DNA of 63,875 bases, the filler included, from Trichomonas gallinae (taxonomy: Eukaryota), in the NCBI GenBank assembly GCA_008369845.1. It is 9 parts of 9 records of this genome, joined end to end, with 100 filler letters (N's around TTAATTAATTAA, not from the genome) between each part and the next. Parts side by side here need not be neighbours in the genome. Positions count along the whole stretch, not along the records: positions 1 to 11,863 come from MRSU01000172.1; positions 11,964 to 35,138 come from MRSU01000175.1; 7 more parts are not named here. One strand, 5' to 3'. Positions 10,328 to 18,153 of the stretch are shown in pieces. Each line of letters starts with the position of its first letter. Within the stretch, counting starts at the first letter, position 1. The notes beneath the pieces are model-generated. The model made no database searches. It saw only the letters and a program-made list of their open reading frames with translations, and was not told the origin of the DNA. Both the position numbers and the translations under genes were made by a program.

Positions 10328-11416
10328 TCATCTTCGATTTATTGGTTGAATACCGAATTCTTCAACAAGTTTCATCTTTTCTTGTTTTAGATTCTGTATT
10401 TCTCGTCGCTTTGATGTGGTTATTTCTGTATATTGTTCGGATAATTTTTCTGATTTATTTTTAAGATCAGTTATGATTTGATCTTGACTGACAATCTCTT
10501 TCTTAAGGTCTTCATTTTCTTTTCGTAGCTTTTCTAGGAACTTTTGCCAAGTTTGTCGATGTTTATCAAGATTTTTCTGATTTGCTTTCTTTGCGTTATT
10601 AATTTCGAGATTGTATCTTTCAATAGGGATATAAGTTCCTTGAGCTTGAATAGTGAGGTTTAATTTCTGATATTCAAGAAAAACTTCTTGAAATTTTGAT
10701 CTGAGTTCAGATCTCTGTGTGTATAGGTCTGTATTTTGATTTTGAAGGTCTTCTGCAGTCAAGTTGTATTGATCTAATTCATCTTTCAGCGTTTTAATTC
10801 TGTTATTGAGTTCTTTTTCTTGTCTCTGAAACACAGTCAGTTTTTCATTCGTATCCCTTTCCATTTGTGACATGAGCTCCTGTAATTTCTTAATTTGTTG
10901 ATAATGTGGTAAAGATCTCATTACTTGATTTATATTTTTTACATCTTTCTCAAGATTCTCACAAATAACTTGCTTTTTGGATATTTCCTCATCTAGGGTC
11001 ATCTTTTCATCCTTTAATTGGTTTATTTCATCTAGCAGCTTATTATTTTCTTCTTCTATTGATTTAACGCTTGTATTATTATTAATTTGTTGCATTTTAG
11101 CTATTTCTGAATTAAGCTGATCTAATTTTTCTTGTTGTTCTTTTAATTTTTGTGAATTTTCGTTTTCAAGATCTGCCAATTGTTGTGTTTTTGCTTCTAA
11201 TTCAGCTTTAAGCTTTTTAATAATAGATTCCTGCTCAGATTCTTGCAGTTTCTGAATGCTTTGATCGATATTTGGTCGAATAAATATTGATTTGGGCGGA
11301 ATTTCATCAGAAAAAGAGGGATTATTTGTTTCATTCTGCTGCATCATCTCATTTGTGGTAGGAGAAGCCATGGTAACAGTTTTTGTTGTCCCTCTTTTCC
11401 TTTTATAAAAAGTCAT
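10328..11416 (-). CDS. Hypothetical coiled-coil protein, 362 aa
   Basis: Continuous E/K/Q/L heptad pattern. An Inr-like TTCACT lies just upstream of the ATG at 11416. Confidence 0.8.
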   Translation of the reverse strand: MTFYKRKRGTTKTVTMASPTTNEMMQQNETNNPSFSDEIPPKSIFIRPNIDQSIQKLQESEQESIIKKLKAELEAKTQQLADLENENSQKLKEQQEKLDQLNSEIAKMQQINNNTSVKSIEEENNKLLDEINQLKDEKMTLDEEISKKQVICENLEKDVKNINQVMRSLPHYQQIKKLQELMSQMERDTNEKLTVFQRQEKELNNRIKTLKDELDQYNLTAEDLQNQNTDLYTQRSELRSKFQEVFLEYQKLNLTIQAQGTYIPIERYNLEINNAKKANQKNLDKHRQTWQKFLEKLRKENEDLKKEIVSQDQIITDLKNKSEKLSEQYTEITTSKRREIQNLKQEKMKLVEEFGIQPINRR

Positions 11417-11512
11417 CTTATTTAGTGAACGTTTATTAATTTAACTACGATTATTTTCAATTCAAAAATTTAGAAATGAAAATAATCATTTATAACATAA
11501 TGATCAATATTA

Positions 11513-11780
11513 TTACATGTAAATGATGCTTTTACGCCCGTAAATGTATCGATTTTTTTTAAATTTGACAAATAAATTAAAAAATGCCACGTAAAAAATT
11601 CTTGCAACAGAAATTACAACCTTTTGCCACATAAATTTCAATCTTTTGCCATTTAAATTTAAATTAAAAACGCCATGTAAATTCAATTTATGCCAAATAA
11701 ATTTTATTGTTGCCAGATAAATTTTCATTTTGCCATATAATTTTTGTCGCATAAATTCAAAAAATTTGCCTAATATAAAG
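11513..11780. repeat. Degenerate array of TGCCAnRTAAA(T)-like motifs
   Basis: TGCCACGTAAA, TGCCACATAAA, TGCCATTTAAA, CGCCATGTAAA, TGCCAAATAAA, TGCCAGATAAA, TGCCATATAAT and TGTCGCATAAA, all in the same orientation and mostly ~20 bp apart. Confidence 0.75.
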
Positions 11781-11812
11781 GTTGTCCGGCAGATTTTTTA
11801 AAATTGTCAAAA

Positions 11813-11863
11813 ATGGCCCCTGCTTATAAAACGCGTCAGGTTCGACGCTACAGTAGAGCCCAA
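11813..11863 (+). CDS. Probable 5' end of a gene truncated by an assembly gap (MAPAYKTRQVRRYSRAQ...)
   Basis: AAAA-ATG context, GC content rises at the ATG, and the frame is open for 17 codons up to the N run. Product unknown. Confidence 0.4.
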
Positions 11864-11963
11864 NNNNNNNNNNNNNNNNNNNNNNNNNNNNNNNNNNNNN
11901 NNNNNNNTTAATTAATTAANNNNNNNNNNNNNNNNNNNNNNNNNNNNNNNNNNNNNNNNNNNN
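11864..11963. other. Assembly gap/linker N44-TTAATTAATTAA-N44
   Basis: Identical 100-nt spacer with stops in all six frames; occurs 8 times in the window. Confidence 0.97.
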
Positions 11964-12773
11964 CCACGTGGTAATGGTACATTTGATGCTGATGGACGCA
12001 TCCAGCCATTGAACTGCAAGAAGGGCGAAGTTGCTAACCACATTATCTCTGTTGGAGATCCAAATCGTGCTAAATTAATGGCTGAGTCTCTCGATAAGGA
12101 CACACCAGTCATCGTCCGCCAGTCCAACATGATCTTCTGCACATACACAGGCAAGTACAAAGGCACACCAGTCTCTATCATCGCTACAGGCATGGGCTTC
12201 GCTATGGCTGAGCTTATGGTTGTCCAGGCTCGCGCTGTTGTCGAAGGACCACTCACAATCGTCAGATTCGGCACATGCGGATCATTACACGCTGATGTCC
12301 CAATCGGATGCTTTGCAGTTGCTGATCGTGCTTACTTCGTCCGCCAAGATTTCGAGCGCGAGGGCTTCCCATTCGAGTTCGCTAAGGAAGCTATTCCATT
12401 CGATCGTGAGCTTCATGTTAAAGTTCTCGATGAGTTCAAGAAGTTGACAGAATACCGCACAGTTGTCGGCCCAGACACATCTGCTGATACATTCTACCCA
12501 TCACAAGGCCGTCTTGACGACAATTTCGTTATGGAGAACCAGAAGGTCATCCCAACACTCCTTGAACAGGACAAGGACGCCCTTTCATTCGAAATGGAGT
12601 CCTACCTCCTTGCTTTCCTCGCTTACAAGTTCCCAGAGGCTAATATGAAGACAGCAGCTGTCTGCTTGACACTTGCCCAGAGAACATCAGGCGACTTCCT
12701 CGATAACGAACGCAAGACAGCCATGGAAAGGGCAGCTTGCAAGGCTCTTCTTGAGATTCTCTCAAAGTGCTAA
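11964..12773 (+). CDS. Nucleoside phosphorylase, uridine phosphorylase-like (PNP_UDP family); 5' end truncated by gap
   Basis: Frame is open from the gap edge (PRGNGTFDADGRIQPLNCK...). Motifs VGDPNRA, TGMG, RFGTCGSL, DTFYPSQGR and FEMES. Codon bias typical of highly expressed genes. The stop overlaps TAAA. Confidence 0.88.
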   Translation, partial: PRGNGTFDADGRIQPLNCKKGEVANHIISVGDPNRAKLMAESLDKDTPVIVRQSNMIFCTYTGKYKGTPVSIIATGMGFAMAELMVVQARAVVEGPLTIVRFGTCGSLHADVPIGCFAVADRAYFVRQDFEREGFPFEFAKEAIPFDRELHVKVLDEFKKLTEYRTVVGPDTSADTFYPSQGRLDDNFVMENQKVIPTLLEQDKDALSFEMESYLLAFLAYKFPEANMKTAAVCLTLAQRTSGDFLDNERKTAMERAACKALLEILSKC

Positions 12774-12973
12774 ATTTTAACATTGCAGAAATAATAGATT
12801 AACGAATATACAGCCCTGAATTCCTAAATTTTGCTCGAAGAATTTTTAAAAAACTTATTTTGATTATTCAATATTTTATTACTTGCAATATTCCTTATAA
12901 CATCTATATATTTTTTTCATTAATTAGCAAAATAGAATAAAATCATTAACAACAAACAAACAATTTTCAATTT

Positions 12974-15900
12974 TTAGTCAAATGATATATCTAATGGCGC
13001 TGACATTGGTTTCTTGTCAAGATAGAATATCCTAATTTCATCAAATAACCCCGTGATATCTTCAAATTTGTACTTGATCAAAGTTCCAGATTCGATTCGG
13101 GGCATAATCAACTGCTGCCAGTCAACTGCCTTTCCACCATTGATGAAAACGACATAGACTGCAAGGAAGTCGTCACTCTTGAATGTAATTGATTGAACAC
13201 GTCTTGGTGTCTGGAATCGAAATGTTTGGGTATGCGTGAGAAAGTCGAAGAGTCCATCATATTGTTTGAACTTGAACGGCTGCACTTTCTCAGGGACAAC
13301 GATTTGCTCGGAGCCAACTCTCATCTTTCGCATCTTGCCACGTATCTGGATGTTTTTCAGCACGATATCAGAGTTGCCTTCCAGCATCATGATGATGCAT
13401 CTTGTTGGCTCACAGTCTATGTACTGCACAACTGTCTGGTTGCCGACATTGTCAACAGACTTAATGCTGAGCTCGCTCCAGTTTTCTGTGAAGACTTGGA
13501 GTAACTTAAAGCAGTCTTTGTCCAGCAGAATCATAATCTTGTTGACTTCGGCTGCACTAGGGAATGAAATGACGAGTTGCACAGCCTGTTTTCCAGTGTT
13601 CCACCCTCTGAATGCGATTGTTGGATTGAGAAGCTCACGAAGCTCAGCTGGATCTGCATTTGGCGATGAGTAGAAAATGGATGACTGCGCAGCGATGTTG
13701 AATATCGGCTGGTAGGAGTCAACCATCACAGTCGTTCTCTCAGCGAACTGGTTTGCGATCTGAAGGTCAGTGAGCATTGATTCATCGTAGTAAGGCAGTC
13801 CACCGGTCTCAATCTGCTCCGAACACGATGGACAGAGATAAGCAACGTGATATGGTTCTTCGATATTTGAAAATCTCCTATAATAAGATGTGAAAGGTTC
13901 GAATGATCCAAATTTAGTAAGATCATTTGACCTGTAGTGACAGAAGCTGCATTCTCCATCATGGTTCTCAGATAATCTAGACGGAATGTCGAAGAAATAT
14001 GGGTTCTTGAGATTCCTAACTAAAGATTCATTCCTTGTGATTACTGAGCAGCGGTTTTCCAACATCCAGCGATCTAAAGCGCACAGTTCATGCAAGCTCG
14101 GCATTGTTGTGCCTTGCATCATCTTTGAGATAGTAGATCCTAGCGATCTGCCTCCATCAATAGATTGCGAAGCGATTAATGTCTTTTTAGGTCTTTCGAC
14201 ACCGATTTTGATGTTTCCTATTATAAGTGTGGAATCAACATAGTTGAATCTGATGTTGATGAATGAGCAAGGCTCCAAAGATTTTACAGAAATAGGAACT
14301 GATGACGTTCTTTTCATCAAGTCTTTGATGTCGTAAACGCACCATTGCGGCTCTGCAAGGAAAGGAATTGGAGAATCGACGATCAGAGGATACATTGCGT
14401 TAACATTGTTGCCGCAACAAATCGAGAATGTTGATGATTTATTGGAATTTCGCGGAGGGATCATTATAGAGAAAGTCGACAAAATCAGAGGCTCAGGCAA
14501 AGCAATATAAATATTCTGGTTTGTGTATTCATTGATGTAAAAGTATCTTATTTCCTCATCGAATATTGATGGATTGATAGTCATTTTGATCTCTTTTGAA
14601 GGAACTAAAGTTGACGAGAGATGAAGCGAATCCATGAAAAACATGTCATCGAATGGAACAACTTGATTCCACCTTTTGAACATTTGGTGCCTGTAAGGAT
14701 CCGAGGCAACATTATGGAACCTTCTCAAGCATGTGATATATACATCAGGAGAGACAGTAGTTTGCTCTGTCATCAGTGCGCGAATTGCTTCTGTTTTTAT
14801 TGCAGGAGTGTTTGTGTACATCAATGAAATAATGTTTCCTGTCATAATAAAAGCATTGCAGATGAAGTCGAGAACGTTCTGGGAGATATTCTTCGTGTAG
14901 TCATCAGACTGCTCGCCTTCATTAACGAAAATATTGTGCGCGAGGCCAAATTTGTAAATAACAATAATCGCATAATAAAATGACATCAAATTAGTCCTAT
15001 CGAGCGAATCTGCGCAGTTGAAACGATTCAGCTCGGTTTGCATTGCTGAACTGGATGTGAATTCGATGTTGTTAGCAACTGAGTTGAGATTCTCAAAAAT
15101 AGATATTCTTCCTTTTAGTTTGTTATTCGCGATTATATGATTTATGTCGATCTGATTGAACTGGATTTTGTTGTCGAGGACTTTGTTTGTCCGTTCAACA
15201 GCTTTGACGTAGCCTTGCAGCAAGTCAACTTCGCCTTTGTCAGGTGACTCATTTAATAGAGAAATGATGCCGATTTTGTTTAAATCGAAGCGTCTGAAAA
15301 TGCTTGAAAAATAAACTGGAGTGAACTCGTCGGGCTTTTCCATGACAATGTGCTGAGGGGCAAGAAATGTAGATTGGAGAACCGTCTTCCATTTTATTGG
15401 CGCGCTGCCTCTTCGCCAACTATGGCCGAAATTTTCACCATTTATTGTAAAAATGAGAGAGCACTCGCATTCATTTGCCGGATTGTAATTTTTATCAATA
15501 CCACGCGCTTCATATCTTGTTCCTGAGTTTTGAGAAGATCTTTTTATTATGTAAGTTATATTCGTTGTGCTACTCGTGTCTTTGTTAAGCGAAAAAGCAC
15601 CACCTTGTAATACTCTTATACAAGCTTCTGGTGTTCGTAATATATCGAAGATGTTTGAAAATCTGTTATTCCAGAAAAAATCTGGAGATTCTTTCTTTTC
15701 GTCAATAAATGGAAAAGGTAGTGCTAAATCGATGTAATTGCAAAAGAAGTGGTTTTCATTCATTGGAAAACTGAATATCGACAGATCTCCTTCGATTGTT
15801 TTATTTTGCAATGGTATTTTGTAATAATCTGAAGATTTTATCATTTTTATAGGCTTTCCATCGAAAATTGCGGTAGTTTCATCGGAAATTACATACATTA

Positions 15901-16165
15901 TTACAAGCTGATTATCAAATATTGTAGCGCCAATTAAATACTTACCCAGGTATTGCCAACGTGTGTTATTTACTGTTTCTGTCAGGTAAAGTATAGCAGA
16001 TTTCGAGTCCTGAAACAAATCAACATTTGGAATTCCGGCATAATAGAGGCCTCCAGTCAGTTTATCAATAGAATATACATAGCAATTCGATGTACTTTCT
16101 ACATTTACAACCAGATAAGAAAACTGCCCATCACAGACACACACATGAACTGATGGAGCACTCAT
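12974..16165 (-). CDS. Sac-domain phosphoinositide phosphatase, SAC9-like
   Basis: Sac motifs FFWN, GTRYEARGID, PANECEC and RRGSAPIKW, with catalytic CX5R in RFNCADSLDRTN (the SAC9-type variant). Long C-terminal extension with a CxxC...CxxC pair. Confidence 0.88.
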   Translation of the reverse strand: MSAPSVHVCVCDGQFSYLVVNVESTSNCYVYSIDKLTGGLYYAGIPNVDLFQDSKSAILYLTETVNNTRWQYLGKYLIGATIFDNQLVIMYVISDETTAIFDGKPIKMIKSSDYYKIPLQNKTIEGDLSIFSFPMNENHFFCNYIDLALPFPFIDEKKESPDFFWNNRFSNIFDILRTPEACIRVLQGGAFSLNKDTSSTTNITYIIKRSSQNSGTRYEARGIDKNYNPANECECSLIFTINGENFGHSWRRGSAPIKWKTVLQSTFLAPQHIVMEKPDEFTPVYFSSIFRRFDLNKIGIISLLNESPDKGEVDLLQGYVKAVERTNKVLDNKIQFNQIDINHIIANNKLKGRISIFENLNSVANNIEFTSSSAMQTELNRFNCADSLDRTNLMSFYYAIIVIYKFGLAHNIFVNEGEQSDDYTKNISQNVLDFICNAFIMTGNIISLMYTNTPAIKTEAIRALMTEQTTVSPDVYITCLRRFHNVASDPYRHQMFKRWNQVVPFDDMFFMDSLHLSSTLVPSKEIKMTINPSIFDEEIRYFYINEYTNQNIYIALPEPLILSTFSIMIPPRNSNKSSTFSICCGNNVNAMYPLIVDSPIPFLAEPQWCVYDIKDLMKRTSSVPISVKSLEPCSFINIRFNYVDSTLIIGNIKIGVERPKKTLIASQSIDGGRSLGSTISKMMQGTTMPSLHELCALDRWMLENRCSVITRNESLVRNLKNPYFFDIPSRLSENHDGECSFCHYRSNDLTKFGSFEPFTSYYRRFSNIEEPYHVAYLCPSCSEQIETGGLPYYDESMLTDLQIANQFAERTTVMVDSYQPIFNIAAQSSIFYSSPNADPAELRELLNPTIAFRGWNTGKQAVQLVISFPSAAEVNKIMILLDKDCFKLLQVFTENWSELSIKSVDNVGNQTVVQYIDCEPTRCIIMMLEGNSDIVLKNIQIRGKMRKMRVGSEQIVVPEKVQPFKFKQYDGLFDFLTHTQTFRFQTPRRVQSITFKSDDFLAVYVVFINGGKAVDWQQLIMPRIESGTLIKYKFEDITGLFDEIRIFYLDKKPMSAPLDISFD

Positions 16166-16371
16166 ACTATAAAAATTTTAAAATTAAGGTTATTTATTAG
16201 ATTTTGCTTTGAGAGGAAAATTGGGGGTTTTGACACTTTACACGTCAAACTACTAATTTACATGACATAACATTAAATTTTTGCGACTTCCGACTCACTT
16301 TTTCATTAATTCATTTATGATTTCCAAAAATATAGCAGTTAAAGAAATATTTAATACATAAACAACAAAAT

Positions 16372-18087
16372 CTATTTTTCAACTAATAATATATTAATAA
16401 ATACTTGTTTTCTGTTGTTGTAAAAATCATTCAACATGTAAGACTTCTTCTTAATGCCTGATTTCGACATGAATATGTAGTGTGTATTTGCCTCGCTGAC
16501 AACAGTTCCATCAACATTAAATCCACAGTCTTTCAGCGCGTCTTTCAAGCTGTCGTATGCTCGCGGATTCCACGTGGAATAAGACAGAACATCGTACTGT
16601 AGGGCAATTGAAGTCTTCTCTGATGTGTTATGAACAGCTAACTTTCGCGCATAAGAAACCAAAACAGGCTTCGGATTTTCTTCTTTGTTGAAAACTGACG
16701 GAATAATAGATTTTCTTTTTTCGATTACAACCAGTGAATCTTCAGGCAGATTAATTACCGCTCCAGGCTCTATATAGTCTGTAATGCATTTTCCTTGTAC
16801 TTTAGCTAACACGCAGCTGTATAAGTCACCAAATTCATCAGAAAATCTCGCAATAATTTCTTCAGTTTTGTATCCATCCTTTTTATCCAGAAAATAATGC
16901 GCGAAAATTGCGTCATTATTGCGTAGTAGCCAAATAAGTTGACCTCGAGGCTGAACTTCCATCATTATACATGACTCGCTGCGTGCATTCCTCGAAGGAA
17001 CAGATGGAAACGGAAAACTTTCTTTATTATAATTGAAACAAAAATATTTCTTTGAGGAATCAAGTTCACTGACTTCATGCAAAGAATGATCAGCACCAAG
17101 CATATATTTTTTGGGATTTTTGACAATTGGATGTGGCCAAATCATATTATATGATAAAAATTCTTGCATTGAAGATTTCGCGTAGATCATAGCTAGATAT
17201 CGTTGTCCATTTTTGAAATTGATTGAAACATAATCTTTTTGACGAATTCCATATTTTGATATTTCAAAACAACCAATACATGTATTCAGAAGAGCGTAAA
17301 TATCTCCTTTATCTTCAAATATAGCAGAAATAAATGAGCAATATCGTCTTTTGTCCGCTATTGTATATTCTATTACTGAATCTTGACTTTCATTTGTTGG
17401 CAGGTATAATTGAATAGTAGCTAATTCTTGATTTTCTTCTAAAAGTTGATATTCTGGAAAATGTTGAATGATATTATATTGAAAACCATGTTCTTCGCAA
17501 AATGTCGTAAAAATACCCGTAATAAGTTTAGTGCGTGTATTTAATTCCAATTCTGGTAATTGAATCTTGTTTAATTTTGAAAAATCGAATTCTTCATCAG
17601 ATTGTGAGGAAAGAATTAAATTTGTTAAATAAAATGTACTCAAGCAAGATGTGATGTGAGAACTAAGTGGCAATAAACAATTTATACATGATGCTGCTAA
17701 AGGATTTTTTGCAGAAATAATTGGTTTAAATGGAAGAAGAGCTATTTCAACGCTAACTTCTTTTATATTCGAAGGTAGTGCTATATATCGATATCTACTT
17801 AATGCAATATACGTATTTAGCTTTTTTGAAAAAAAATTTGATGAATTTGCTAGTTTTAGGTCCACAAATATTACGTAATTCGAATCGGTTGTGATACAAG
17901 ATAACTGTGAAATACCGAAAACCGCGAGAAGTTTAATTCTAAAAAATAATTTTGAATCTTGTTGAATAAGACCTGCCGTAAATTCAAAAACAGGCTCAAA
18001 TTCTTTCGATACTAACTGAAATATTGTCTCCTTTTCATTTTGAAGTTTTGCTTCAAATGAATAATTAAAGTAATGATATGAAAGCAT
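16372..18087 (-). CDS. Hypothetical protein, 571 aa; possible highly degenerate USP-fold protein
   Basis: Long ORF. AKNPLAASCINCLLPL weakly resembles the USP Cys box and RYLAMIYAK the USP C-terminal box. Confidence 0.7.
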   Translation of the reverse strand: MLSYHYFNYSFEAKLQNEKETIFQLVSKEFEPVFEFTAGLIQQDSKLFFRIKLLAVFGISQLSCITTDSNYVIFVDLKLANSSNFFSKKLNTYIALSRYRYIALPSNIKEVSVEIALLPFKPIISAKNPLAASCINCLLPLSSHITSCLSTFYLTNLILSSQSDEEFDFSKLNKIQLPELELNTRTKLITGIFTTFCEEHGFQYNIIQHFPEYQLLEENQELATIQLYLPTNESQDSVIEYTIADKRRYCSFISAIFEDKGDIYALLNTCIGCFEISKYGIRQKDYVSINFKNGQRYLAMIYAKSSMQEFLSYNMIWPHPIVKNPKKYMLGADHSLHEVSELDSSKKYFCFNYNKESFPFPSVPSRNARSESCIMMEVQPRGQLIWLLRNNDAIFAHYFLDKKDGYKTEEIIARFSDEFGDLYSCVLAKVQGKCITDYIEPGAVINLPEDSLVVIEKRKSIIPSVFNKEENPKPVLVSYARKLAVHNTSEKTSIALQYDVLSYSTWNPRAYDSLKDALKDCGFNVDGTVVSEANTHYIFMSKSGIKKKSYMLNDFYNNRKQVFINILLVEK

Positions 18088-18153
18088 GCAAAAAAAATTA
18101 AAATTAAATAAATAAAAATCGAAAATTTTACATTACCGTATAATCATAGTGAC

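Noticed and set aside
11908..11919. TTAATTAATTAA as a biological palindrome or target site
   Set aside because: It is always centred in identical N44 flanks, so it is an artificial six-frame-stop linker.
11813..12773. Joining MAPAYKTR... to the nucleoside phosphorylase as one gene
   Set aside because: They are separated by a gap of unknown size, and the basic peptide does not resemble a phosphorylase N-terminus.
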